A stretch of DNA of 64,000 nucleotides from a candidate division FCPU426 bacterium (GTDB lineage Bacteria > Oederibacteriota > Muellerivitia > Muellerivitales > Muellerivitaceae), in assembly GCA_963796105.1 (NCBI GenBank), contig CAWCKJ010000012.1:192001-256000 (forward strand), in the 5' to 3' direction. Within the stretch, counting starts at the first letter, position 1, and each line of letters starts with the position of its first letter. The notes under the pieces are model-generated. The model was given only the letters and a program-made list of their open reading frames with translations, ran no database searches and was not told the DNA's origin. Position numbers and translations under genes: made by a program. Positions 10,369 through 20,007 of the stretch are shown in pieces.

Positions 10369-11355
10369 CTACCACTGAAAGCCGCCGCCTTTTTGGTTTC
10401 CGGGCAGTTTATGTTGATTGTCCAATGAATCGGAATCTAACCGCGGAGCAAGGCCCTCAACCGGCGTTTCAAAAGCCGGATCAGGGCCTGAACGAAAAAA
10501 GTCTTTTTCTGGCGGGGAATAAGGCGATGGCAGGGGTGAAACGAACGCCTCGGAATGAACTGGGTAACCCGCCGGGGTTTGGCTTCCCATCGGATCAGGA
10601 GAAGGCATGGAGGATAGGCCCCATTTCCGTTGACGAAGCACCTCAAATAAAACGAGCGCCGAGGCAACCGAGGCGTTCAGGGACGCGATTTTACCTTCCA
10701 TTGGGATTTTCACCAGTTCATCGCAATTTTCCCTGACAAGTCTTCTCAAGCCTTTCCCCTCGCTTCCGATGACGATGGCGCAGGGTCTTTTGTAATCCGC
10801 CTCGAAGAAGGGTCTTTCCCCCTCAGCGTCGGCTCCATACACCCAAACTCCCTCCTCTTTTATGATTCGGATGGCGTCATTAAGGTTTGAAACCTTGATC
10901 GTGAGCATGTGCTCAGCGGCTCCCGCCGAGGCCTTGACCGCCGCGGGAGTCAGGTCCGCGGAACGGTTCTTGGGAATGACGATCCCATGGACCCCCGCGG
11001 CGTCCGCGTTTCGAAAAATAGCCCCGAGGTTCTGGGGATCGTTGATTTCATCCAAAAGGAGGGCGAAAAGAGGCTCGTTTTTATCCTTGCCTGCATCAAA
11101 AAGATCGGGAAGCTCGGCGTACTTTCGGGATTCCAGGATGGCCACGACTCCCTGGTGTTTGTCGCAGCCCGCCAAGGAATCAAGTTTGTGGTGGGTCTCA
11201 TAAAACCAAGGGATGCCTCGGGCGTTAAGATGCGCCTCGATTTGCTCAAGGCTGTCGTCCCGGCCGCCTTTCATCAAATATACCTTGAGAACCGGCCGAA
11301 GACCCGATCGCAAGGCTTCAAGTACCGGTCTTCTCCCGTATAAAGTTTCGCTCAT
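10369..11355 (-). CDS. rlmB: 23S rRNA (G2251-2'-O)-methyltransferase with an ~80-aa Pro-rich C-terminal tail
   Basis: LYGRRPVLEAL, HQGVVA, DPQNLGAIFR, IGSEGKGL, IPMEGKIASLNASVA (SPOUT fold). Confidence 0.95.
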   Translation of the reverse strand: MSETLYGRRPVLEALRSGLRPVLKVYLMKGGRDDSLEQIEAHLNARGIPWFYETHHKLDSLAGCDKHQGVVAILESRKYAELPDLFDAGKDKNEPLFALLLDEINDPQNLGAIFRNADAAGVHGIVIPKNRSADLTPAAVKASAGAAEHMLTIKVSNLNDAIRIIKEEGVWVYGADAEGERPFFEADYKRPCAIVIGSEGKGLRRLVRENCDELVKIPMEGKIASLNASVASALVLFEVLRQRKWGLSSMPSPDPMGSQTPAGYPVHSEAFVSPLPSPYSPPEKDFFRSGPDPAFETPVEGLAPRLDSDSLDNQHKLPGNQKGGGFQW

Positions 11356-11419
11356 GAAAAACTCTCCTTCCCGCCAGTTTACCCTAAAGAGGGCTCTGCC
11401 GGAAGAATGGGTTGGAAAG

Positions 11420-12574
11420 CTATTTTGAATGAACCCCGGACGAATTTATTTTCTGTGCCGTATTTTCCATCTTTTCAATGGATTTTGTTTTCAAGACTGA
11501 TTGGACCACCGGAAGCTCCAAAAACTGTTTGAAAAAACCCTTCGCGTAACGCTCCGCGCTTTCCCTTGTCAAATGGCTTCCATCCCTGGTGTTTAACGGC
11601 CCGACGTAGGGATGAATCAAGGGCAATCCCAAAATTTCAGCGAGTTTGTCGCCCCGATAATAGGGCCTCGAGTTTTCAGGGAGCAACGAAAGCGCTTTAA
11701 AACTTCCCCCTGATGCCTGGACGTTCCAATAGGTGCCTATGTCATAGGGAATGTCCAGCAATACGACGGCAATTCCCCTTTCCGCCATTTTTCCAATAAA
11801 CCACTTGGCGTTTTCAACCTCTTCCGGGGGAGGATCGATGAATTTGCTGGGTTCCTTAACCAAAATAGCCTCAATATCGGAAGGATGATACTCCGCTTCC
11901 AAAAATCCATCCTCCGACGATTGGTCGTCATAGGATGGCTTGGCTTGCAGGGTTTGATTGAGGCCTAAACGCGGCAGAAACCTGTGGAGCCACAGGCTCA
12001 GCCTCCAAGAGATGGTTCTTCCATAGAGCCACATTCTTGAGCGCCAGGCGCCCTCCCCGGCGGTTTTCAACCCATAACTGCTCAACCCCTTCATGAAGAA
12101 ATAATTCAGATTCACGGCCACAACCGCCGGTTTGAGATTCTGCCGTCGGATTGTTTCGTACGCCATGACCATGCCGTCGTTCGCCGGATAGCAAAGGTTA
12201 AAGAAACGCAGGCCCGTGGCTTTGGAAGCATCTTGAACCGAGGATTCCCGGAAAGCGTGAAGCACCCTTGAGTTCCCCAAGAAGATCACATCGGCTTTTC
12301 TCGCGTTTGCAATCGCGCCCCCGATTCCATAGTAAAGAACATCGTAAATTTCATAATGGTCGCTGTCAGTCTCCGTGATAATTCCGTCGCGACTCGGGGG
12401 CGGTGAGAATTCACCATGCCAGGACATGTCAGGGGGCAAAATCCTGGTTATAACTTCCCCCGTTGAGACGGCAAGGAAAAAGGAAACCATGAAAACCGCA
12501 ATGGCTTCCAGATGGCCCCTGTTCCGGCCCATCGAATTAAAACTGAAAGTAGATGAACGCATTGTTTTTTCCAT
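11420..12574 (-). CDS. Hypothetical exported SGNH-like protein, probable MBOAT partner
   Basis: N-terminal TM segment, FLGNSR (GxS block) and DGSHL (DxxH) motifs; overlaps the end of the MBOAT gene. Confidence 0.6.
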   Translation of the reverse strand: MEKTMRSSTFSFNSMGRNRGHLEAIAVFMVSFFLAVSTGEVITRILPPDMSWHGEFSPPPSRDGIITETDSDHYEIYDVLYYGIGGAIANARKADVIFLGNSRVLHAFRESSVQDASKATGLRFFNLCYPANDGMVMAYETIRRQNLKPAVVAVNLNYFFMKGLSSYGLKTAGEGAWRSRMWLYGRTISWRLSLWLHRFLPRLGLNQTLQAKPSYDDQSSEDGFLEAEYHPSDIEAILVKEPSKFIDPPPEEVENAKWFIGKMAERGIAVVLLDIPYDIGTYWNVQASGGSFKALSLLPENSRPYYRGDKLAEILGLPLIHPYVGPLNTRDGSHLTRESAERYAKGFFKQFLELPVVQSVLKTKSIEKMENTAQKINSSGVHSK

Positions 12575-13955
12575 AAAGAGTGAGTAGGCAATAAAGCATA
12601 ACCGCGACCCAGATTCCCTTTTCTTTGAATCCAGGTGCCGATAAGTAATTTCCTTCTACTAAAAATGTTCTTACATGGATCAAGAAAACGGGAATAACGA
12701 AAAGAAAAGCGGTCGCGATCTGGGAAATATCCCTCCATCCCCACCAGAAGTGTCCCAAATTCCCGAGGAAATGGAATCCCTCCACGACGGTTCTAGCCCT
12801 GAAAAATATCCAGGCCGTCAAAACCCCGAATTGCGAGGTTAAAAACCAAATAAGTTTCATCCACGGGTTTCGAATGGATCCTTCCCGGTTAAAACCTAGT
12901 AACCTCTCGACTCCCAAAAATATACCGTGAAGGCCACCCCATATTAGGAATGTAAAAGCCGCCCCATGCCAAAGTCCCGCCAATAAAAAGGTAATGAATA
13001 GGGTCAGGAAGGGCCGCCAGCTGGCGCCCCTGTTTCCCCCCAAAGGTATATAAAGGTAATCCCTGATCCACCTGGAGAGGCTGATGTGCCACCTGGTCCA
13101 GAATTCCCTGAAAGAACCGGCGATGTAGGGACTGTTGAAATTCACTGGCAATCGAAAGCCGAGTAAATAGGCGGTTCCCCTTGCGATATTGGTGTACCCG
13201 TAAATGTCGGCGAAAATTTGGCATGAAAACAAGACCGCCAAGGATAACGGCACCACCGCCGGCATGTTGTCGGACGCGCCCCTCGACCAATACCTGTTGA
13301 TGTAACCGGCCAGATTGTCGGCCACCACCATTTTAAGAAAATAGCCGAAGACCATTAAATAAAGGCCTTGAAGGACGACTCCCATGCGCATTTTTCTTTT
13401 CCGGTTGAATTGATACATCAACTCGCTCGCCCGCACGATGGGACCCGAGATGAGATGGGTGAAAAAACAGACAAAAAGCAGAAACCGGCCGTAGCTCGGG
13501 GCTGGCTGAATCCTCCCCCGGTATAGGTCAATGGTGTAGCTCATGCTTTGAAACGTGAAAAACGAAATCCCGATTGGAAGAAGAAGGTTTAAATAAGGGA
13601 TTTGGGGCCCAGCCATGTGGAAAAATCCGCAAATGTTTCTCCAGGTTTCCAGGACGAAATCGGTATATTTAAAAAACGCGAGAAGACCCAGATTGGCCGC
13701 CAAGGAAAACACCAGAAATATTTTTTTCCGGGCCGGGGATACCGCCGCGTAAATCTTTTTTCCCGCGTAGTAATCCACCAGGGTGGTGAAAAGAAGGAGC
13801 AAGAGATAGGGCGGGTAAAAAGAGGCGTAAAAAACGAGGCTTAAGACCAAAAGAGAGGTCAAATAGGCTTTTTCAACCTTGGTGGGCCCGAGCCAAACCC
13901 GGCAAACCAGGGCCAAGGCGAATAAAAGGACGAATGAAAAGGAAACAAAACTCAT
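12537..13955 (-). CDS. MBOAT O-acyltransferase (AlgI/DltB/PatA-like)
   Basis: LPIGISFFTFQSMSY, GPIVRA, NFNSPY, FWTRWHISLS, LAGLWHGA, FIYFQF. Confidence 0.95.
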   Translation of the reverse strand: MSFVSFSFVLLFALALVCRVWLGPTKVEKAYLTSLLVLSLVFYASFYPPYLLLLLFTTLVDYYAGKKIYAAVSPARKKIFLVFSLAANLGLLAFFKYTDFVLETWRNICGFFHMAGPQIPYLNLLLPIGISFFTFQSMSYTIDLYRGRIQPAPSYGRFLLFVCFFTHLISGPIVRASELMYQFNRKRKMRMGVVLQGLYLMVFGYFLKMVVADNLAGYINRYWSRGASDNMPAVVPLSLAVLFSCQIFADIYGYTNIARGTAYLLGFRLPVNFNSPYIAGSFREFWTRWHISLSRWIRDYLYIPLGGNRGASWRPFLTLFITFLLAGLWHGAAFTFLIWGGLHGIFLGVERLLGFNREGSIRNPWMKLIWFLTSQFGVLTAWIFFRARTVVEGFHFLGNLGHFWWGWRDISQIATAFLFVIPVFLIHVRTFLVEGNYLSAPGFKEKGIWVAVMLYCLLTLYGKNNAFIYFQF

Positions 13956-14004
13956 TTAGGAGGCTTTCTTCTCCCATTCCTTGGAAGAAATAATCTCAAT
14001 CCTT

Positions 14005-15432
14005 CTATTTGGGCAGCACCCTGAAATGCCCTCCTTGAACATCCTCAACCCTGAATCCCAAAGCTGAAATCCGGGAGCGGATTTCATCGGCTTCCTTGAA
14101 TTTCTTTTCCAATTTCAACCGTACCCTTTCTTCCGCCAAAACCTCCACTTCTGTGGGGATAGCGGTGGATTGGGCGGATACGATCCCAAGCAGTTCTCCC
14201 AGCCGGTTGAGCCTATCGGCGGCCTCCGCCAACAGGCTTTTGGCGCCAGCCGACATCCTGGACGCTTGGCTTAAAACCCTGCGGGATTCCCGCGCTAAAT
14301 CGAACAACACCGCCAGGGCCCTGGGCGTATTAAAATCATCATCCATGGCTTCCTTGAACTTCACTTCCGCCTCATCCACCCCCAGTCGGAGGGCCAGGAG
14401 ATCCTGGGGTTCATTCCCATCCGGAGCGTTCAAAGCTTCCTCGATTCGCTGGAATGTGAGGTTGAATTCAGCCAAACCTTTTACGCAAGCCTCAAGGATA
14501 TCCTGGCTGTAATTCAACCCGCTCCGATAATGAGCGCTCAGGAAAAAGTAACGAAGAATTTCCGGTTTGTATCGGGCCAAGGCGTCCTTGGCTTTCCAAA
14601 TGTTACCCAGGGATTTGCTCATCTTCTGACCGGAGATCTCGATAAATCCGTTGTGGAGCCAATATTTCACGAATGGCTTGGCGGTAACCGCCTCGCATTG
14701 CGCGATCTCATTCTCGTGGTGCGGAAAAATCAGGTCCATCCCGCCGCCGTGGATGTCGATGGAGTCGCCCAGGTGTTTGCGGACCATCGCGGAACACTCG
14801 ATGTGCCAACCGGGCCGGCCCTTTCCCCAGGGGGAATCCCATTGGGGCTCGCCTGGCTTGGAGGCTTTCCAAAGGGTAAAGTCCGTCGGGTTTCTTTTGT
14901 TCTCGTTTTTCTCCACCCTCGCGCCTTCCAGGATTTCCTCCAGGTCCTTGCCGGAGAGCTTGCCGTAATTTTCGAAGGTAGTAGTGTCAAACATCACATC
15001 CTGTCCCAGATCCGTGGAGGAAACCGCATAGGCGTGGCCCTTTTCAACCAATCCTGATACCAATGCGATGATTTCTTGGATATGATCCGTGGCCTTGGGG
15101 TAAATGTCGGCTTTCTGAATTCCCAATTTTTCCAAAATACCGAAAAAAGCTGAGGCATAGGTGGTTGCGACATCCTGGAACCCCCGCTTCTCCTCGTTGG
15201 CCTTATGGATAATTTTATCGTCGATGTCCGTGATGTTCATGATGTAGGTGACTTTGTAACCTGAATGGGAAAGGTATTTCCGTATCACGTCGAAATTCAC
15301 GAAACAGCGCGCGTTGCCGATATGAATGTCGCCGTAAACCGTGGGACCGCAGACATACATCTTGACCTGAGGATGTTGGATGGGCTCGAAAGCCTCTTTC
15401 TCGCCCGACAAGGTATTGGTGATCTTTAACAT
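14005..15432 (-). CDS. cysS: Cysteine--tRNA ligase
   Basis: YVCGPTVY, HIGN, GRPGWHIECSAM, KMSKS. Confidence 0.99.
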   Translation of the reverse strand: MLKITNTLSGEKEAFEPIQHPQVKMYVCGPTVYGDIHIGNARCFVNFDVIRKYLSHSGYKVTYIMNITDIDDKIIHKANEEKRGFQDVATTYASAFFGILEKLGIQKADIYPKATDHIQEIIALVSGLVEKGHAYAVSSTDLGQDVMFDTTTFENYGKLSGKDLEEILEGARVEKNENKRNPTDFTLWKASKPGEPQWDSPWGKGRPGWHIECSAMVRKHLGDSIDIHGGGMDLIFPHHENEIAQCEAVTAKPFVKYWLHNGFIEISGQKMSKSLGNIWKAKDALARYKPEILRYFFLSAHYRSGLNYSQDILEACVKGLAEFNLTFQRIEEALNAPDGNEPQDLLALRLGVDEAEVKFKEAMDDDFNTPRALAVLFDLARESRRVLSQASRMSAGAKSLLAEAADRLNRLGELLGIVSAQSTAIPTEVEVLAEERVRLKLEKKFKEADEIRSRISALGFRVEDVQGGHFRVLPK

Positions 15433-15542
15433 TTAAACCTCTTAAAAATGACCAGCTTCACGCTTGAAAAGATTAATGTTTTGTCGGAATGATGCAAAGG
15501 AAATTATTTGTTTTATTATAATTCTGATGCTTTGCGGATTGC

Positions 15543-16178
15543 TTATTTTGATTTCTTCTTGCGCCTTGGGGCATAGGAGCCTGAATAACGGGCTAATTCC
15601 CTCTCGAGATGTTCCAGCTGCCGCATGACCGGATCCGGTAAATGCACATGGTCTAATTCATCCGCGTCGCTGACGCGTTTTCCTCTCAGCGTGACAACAT
15701 GGGCGGGCACCCCGACCGCGGTCGAATGCGGGGGAACATCCGTGACCACGACCGCGTTGGCCCCTATTTTGGAATGCTCACCGATGATGATGTTGCCTAG
15801 CACCTTGGCCCCGGCCGCAACCACGACATGATCCCTAAGGGTCGGATGCCTTTTCCCCTTTTCCTTGCCGGTTCCACCCAGGGTCACGCCTTGAAACAAT
15901 GTGACATTGTCCCCGATTTCACAGGTTTCACCCAGGACAGTGCCCATCCCATGGTCGATGAAGAAATTCCTCCCGATCTTGGCGCCCGGATGTATCTCTA
16001 TACCCGTGAAAAACCTGGAAATCTGTGAAATCAACCTGGGCAGGATGGGAATTCCAGCCACCCACAGGGCATGTCCGATTCGATGTAGGAAAAGAGCGTA
16101 GACGCAGGGATAAAACAACAGTTCCCACCATCGGGCAGCGGGGTCGCGCTCTAATACTGATTTAATGTAGCTAAACAT
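15543..16178 (-). CDS. cysE: Serine O-acetyltransferase
   Basis: [34 protein letters not shown], hexapeptide repeats. Confidence 0.97.
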   Translation of the reverse strand: MFSYIKSVLERDPAARWWELLFYPCVYALFLHRIGHALWVAGIPILPRLISQISRFFTGIEIHPGAKIGRNFFIDHGMGTVLGETCEIGDNVTLFQGVTLGGTGKEKGKRHPTLRDHVVVAAGAKVLGNIIIGEHSKIGANAVVVTDVPPHSTAVGVPAHVVTLRGKRVSDADELDHVHLPDPVMRQLEHLERELARYSGSYAPRRKKKSK

Positions 16179-16273
16179 GTTTGACTCTTTTATTCAGGTT
16201 TTTGAATCATCCCCAACGGGAAAGGTTGAAAATAAAATCCCTGTATTCACTAAAACGCGCCAAATTTTTTAAT

Positions 16274-17737
16274 TTAACTATTTATATCTTCCTTAATCCA
16301 AATGGCCAGCCTCTTCAGGAGCGCTGGTTTGCCGAGCAAAGGGACGATTTTCATGAGTTCAGGGCCGTCCTCACGGCCGGTCAAGGCGAGCCGCAAAGGA
16401 TGATATAGGGCTTTGCCTTTTAAATTCACCTGTTTTCCGACTTCCTTGACGATTTTCAGGAAATTTTCACCCGTAAACTCGCCCTGAAACGCCTCAAACG
16501 CCTTTTCGTAAGCCTCTAAAAGGGGTTTCTGGGCCAACATCTCCTGGGTTTGAAGTGGCTCGAAATGGAACTCATCCGAGAAGAAATAAAAAGTCTCCTT
16601 AACAATGTCAGAAAAGCATCCCAAACTTGTCCGCACGGTATCGACCACGCCCTTGAGCCAATCGAATTTTTCGCGGGCTTGTACCTGGGTCAAGAATTGG
16701 GCATCAATCAGGAAAGGCAGGACAGCGCGGGTCAAATCATCCAATGGATACTTCTTTTCCGTGAGATATTGGCTCCCCATCCAGTGCAATTTCACAGGAT
16801 CGAAAATCGCCCCGCTCTTGCCCACATGGGTCAAATCGAACTCTTTCGCCATTTGTTCCAAGGAAAGAATTTCCCCGCTTTTGGGGGCCCATCCGAGCAA
16901 GGCCAAGTAGTTCAAAAAAGCCTCCGGCAGGTAGCCCTTGGCCTTGTAGCTTTCCACGCTGGTCTCGCCGTGGCGCTTGGAAAGTTTTTGGCCGTCCGGG
17001 CCCTTGATGATGGAAAGGTGGGCGAACTTCGGGGGTTGGAGACCGAGAGCCTGGTATAGAAGTATCTGCTTCGGGGTATTGGAAAGGTGATCCTCCCCAC
17101 GGATCACATGAGTGACTTTCATCATGGCGTCATCCACCACCACCGTAAAATTGTACGTGGGACTGCCGTCGGAACGGGTGAGCACGAAATCCCCGATCTG
17201 ATCATCGGGAAAACAAACCTCTCCCCTGACCTCGTCATTCACCAAAATCTCGCCAGGCGGCACGATGAACCGCAAAACCGAAAGTTTGCCTTCGGCGTCA
17301 AGCCTCGTTCGGTCCTCTTTTTTTAACGCCTTGCATTTTCCGCCGTACTTGGGCATGTGGCCCCGGCCCAATTGGCGCTTTCGCTCAAGCTCCAACTCCT
17401 CCTCGGTGCAAAAGCAGGGGTACACAAAGCCTTTTTCCTTTAACTTGTTCAAGTGTTCCATATAGAAAGCGGTGCGCTCCGATTGTTTATAAGGGGCATA
17501 AGGCCCGCCCACCCTGGGACCCTCATCCCACTTCAGGCCCAGCCAGGTCATGATATCCATCAACTCATCGCAGTATTCTTCCGTGGAGCGTTCCTTGTCG
17601 GTATCCTCGATCCGGAGAATAAAAACTCCCCCTTGGTTCCGGGCATAGAGCCAGTTATAGAGCGCCGTGCGTACGTTCCCGATATGCAGGTCGCCTGTGG
17701 GGCTGGGAGCGAATCGAACCCTGACTTTGTCATTCAT
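16274..17737 (-). CDS. gltX: Glutamate--tRNA ligase
   Basis: RFAPSPTG, HIGN, RIEDTD, KLSKR. Confidence 0.99.
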   Translation of the reverse strand: MNDKVRVRFAPSPTGDLHIGNVRTALYNWLYARNQGGVFILRIEDTDKERSTEEYCDELMDIMTWLGLKWDEGPRVGGPYAPYKQSERTAFYMEHLNKLKEKGFVYPCFCTEEELELERKRQLGRGHMPKYGGKCKALKKEDRTRLDAEGKLSVLRFIVPPGEILVNDEVRGEVCFPDDQIGDFVLTRSDGSPTYNFTVVVDDAMMKVTHVIRGEDHLSNTPKQILLYQALGLQPPKFAHLSIIKGPDGQKLSKRHGETSVESYKAKGYLPEAFLNYLALLGWAPKSGEILSLEQMAKEFDLTHVGKSGAIFDPVKLHWMGSQYLTEKKYPLDDLTRAVLPFLIDAQFLTQVQAREKFDWLKGVVDTVRTSLGCFSDIVKETFYFFSDEFHFEPLQTQEMLAQKPLLEAYEKAFEAFQGEFTGENFLKIVKEVGKQVNLKGKALYHPLRLALTGREDGPELMKIVPLLGKPALLKRLAIWIKEDINS

Positions 17738-17801
17738 TTTTGATCCTCAATATAAATTCCTGCTGAATTACGTCTTATATCCAAGGGCGGAAGCTTGCCA
17801 A

Positions 17802-18281
17802 TCAGGGTTTCGAGAGGAGGACAACCGCCTGGACGGACAGGCCTTCTTTTCGTCCCTCAAAGCCCATACCCTCTGTCGTCTTGGCTTTCACATTGACCGC
17901 GTCGGTTTTAACTTCCAACAGGACGCTGATCCTTTTCGCCATAGGGATCAGATGGGAAGCCAGCTTGGGTTCCTGGCAAACGATTGTGGCGTCAACATTT
18001 CCCACGGACCAGCCCTTGCCCTTGGCGAGCCTGGCGCATTCCTTCAATATAAGCAGGCTGTCGGCGTTTTTCCATTTCGGGTCGCTGTCCGGGAAATAAT
18101 CTCCGATATTCCCCAGGGCCGCAGCCCCCAGGATGGCGTCGCTCACCGCGTGGCAGAGGGCATCCGCGTCCGAATGGCCTAAAAGCCCCTTCTCATGGGG
18201 GATGTTAATCCCTCCCAGGATTAAAGGCCTTCCTTCCACCCATTGATGGGCGTCATATCCGTTGCCAATCCTGTATTCCAT
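17802..18281 (-). CDS. ispF: 2-C-methyl-D-erythritol 2,4-cyclodiphosphate synthase
   Basis: RIGNGYDAH, GHSDAD, NVKAKTTE. Confidence 0.98.
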   Translation of the reverse strand: MEYRIGNGYDAHQWVEGRPLILGGINIPHEKGLLGHSDADALCHAVSDAILGAAALGNIGDYFPDSDPKWKNADSLLILKECARLAKGKGWSVGNVDATIVCQEPKLASHLIPMAKRISVLLEVKTDAVNVKAKTTEGMGFEGRKEGLSVQAVVLLSKP

Positions 18282-18306
18282 CCTGATTTCCTTTGGCCTG
18301 ATTCTT

Positions 18307-18465
18307 TAGCAGGCTGCTGAAAAAGTAAAATAGGCCGACAATGCAGCCTGCGACCCCAAAGATTCCGCGCCATTTTTCCATATAAATCATATAAAGACAA
18401 AATGGCATGCCCAGTTATCTTTATCAGATTCCCATCAAAACAGGGCAGGAATCGTGAGGTTTCCG
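18307..18465. repeat. Dispersed IS-end/MITE-like repeat, copy A
   Basis: 18307-18368 and 18445-18465 match the reverse complement of the 33465-33547 segment (TAGCAGGYTGCTGAAAAAGT end). Confidence 0.75.
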
Positions 18466-18511
18466 TTTAGGAAAGATTGCCGTCTGGATTCAACTTATTA
18501 AGGAACTGTTA

Positions 18512-19228
18512 CTAGCGCCCTTCAGTGCCCCGCCAGATGAAATCCTTCACGCGGTGAAAATCCTCGATACTGGTGACCTTGAAATTGAACTGGTCCCCCT
18601 CAACCGTTTTCACCTTGAAGCCAGCCGCTTCCACCACCGAGGCGTCATCGGTCATTTTGGAGGCCTTGGAGCCGAGCTTTTTAAATGCTTTTTGGAGGAT
18701 GGACAGCTTGAAACCCTGGGGGGTCTGGACCGCCCGGATGTGGGATCGGTTAAGTGTGCGGACGACTTCTTCCCCGGAGACGATCTTGAGGGTATCTTTG
18801 ACCGGAATCACGGGAATAGCGGCTCCGGACCGGAGGGCGCTTTTCAAGACCCGCTTGATCACTTCGGGAGAGATAAGCGGCCTCGCCGCGTCATGCACCA
18901 GGACGCATTTGACTCCGGCTGGTATGACCGAAAGGCCCTCCAGTACGGAGTCTTCGCGTTCCACCCCGCCTTTGGTCACGATTCCCGATAAATGGTATCT
19001 GTAAATAGCCTGGAGAGCCCTTTCAATATAATTCACGCGCGTGGCGATGATCACATAGGCCAATCCCGGAACTTTGCTGAAGGATTCCAGGCAAAGGTCC
19101 AAAAGGGTTCTTTTATGGTCCGCATAAAGGAAAGGCTTGGGAACAGTCCCCTTTAACCTCTTGGACTGGCCCGCCGCCACGATAATGACGGCCCAGGGTA
19201 TGGTTTTCTTTGATTTTTTCGATTTCAT
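18512..19228 (-). CDS. ispD: 2-C-methyl-D-erythritol 4-phosphate cytidylyltransferase
   Basis: AAGQSKRL, VHDAARP, QTPQGF, TDDASVVE, NFKVT. Confidence 0.97.
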   Translation of the reverse strand: MKSKKSKKTIPWAVIIVAAGQSKRLKGTVPKPFLYADHKRTLLDLCLESFSKVPGLAYVIIATRVNYIERALQAIYRYHLSGIVTKGGVEREDSVLEGLSVIPAGVKCVLVHDAARPLISPEVIKRVLKSALRSGAAIPVIPVKDTLKIVSGEEVVRTLNRSHIRAVQTPQGFKLSILQKAFKKLGSKASKMTDDASVVEAAGFKVKTVEGDQFNFKVTSIEDFHRVKDFIWRGTEGR

Positions 19229-19276
19229 GGGGGCCAGTCTAACAAAATGGACCGGATGTTTCCAGGCGAGCGGGGT

Positions 19277-19960
19277 TTAAGCCCTTTTCAACCTTGTTTG
19301 AACATTCAAACTGGTTAATTCCCGAAGAGCGTCCTTGGCAATCCACCGGGCGGACTTGGAATTCATTCTCTCGATGAATTTGGCTTCCCGGATCGCGGCG
19401 CGGTTCAAGCGGAGGTTTCTCTTCCCGATCTGCCTCAGTGCCCAGTTGACGGCTTTTCTCACGAAGTTTCTTCCGTCCGCCGCTTCCCTTCGAATGGCGG
19501 GAAAAAATCCCAAAAACAGCTCGTCCGGGGCTTTTTTGTCATGCACCGCCAGTCCGGCCATCAAAACAAATCCCGCCCGTTTCTCGAATTCCCGCTTTCT
19601 CCTGCTCCACTCGGATATTTTGCCGAGGGCCCATTTGGTCCGATCGAACAAATGTCCGCAGCAGCAATCACAAATATCCCAGGAATCGAAATCCTTGACC
19701 CATCTTTCCATTTGGGCAAGGGTGACTTCTTCCGGGATGTCGATCAGGGCCGCCAAGACCCTGGCTTCGTGAATTTCAGACTTCCAAAGCTCCAGGGCCA
19801 ATAGGTGGTTCTTGCCGATTTCCTTTGCCATTTTGTCCAATTTGGGTTTCGAGATCCCCAGAATGTTCTTTCCGCGGATTCCAAACCTGGCCATGCCGTC
19901 GATATTCCGGCGGTTCCGTAGAAGCCGCATCTTGCGAATAATCTTTTTAAAATCCGTCAC
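19277..19960 (-). CDS. DNA alkylation repair enzyme (AlkD-like HEAT repeat)
   Basis: DFDSWDICD, RNFVRKAVNWALRQIGKRN. GTG start at 19960 after a GAGGGG RBS. Confidence 0.85.
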   Translation of the reverse strand: MTDFKKIIRKMRLLRNRRNIDGMARFGIRGKNILGISKPKLDKMAKEIGKNHLLALELWKSEIHEARVLAALIDIPEEVTLAQMERWVKDFDSWDICDCCCGHLFDRTKWALGKISEWSRRKREFEKRAGFVLMAGLAVHDKKAPDELFLGFFPAIRREAADGRNFVRKAVNWALRQIGKRNLRLNRAAIREAKFIERMNSKSARWIAKDALRELTSLNVQTRLKRA

Positions 19961-20007
19961 TTCGGATTCCCCCTCAAACGCGAAATAATCCACCCTGAAG
20001 GCTTGGT

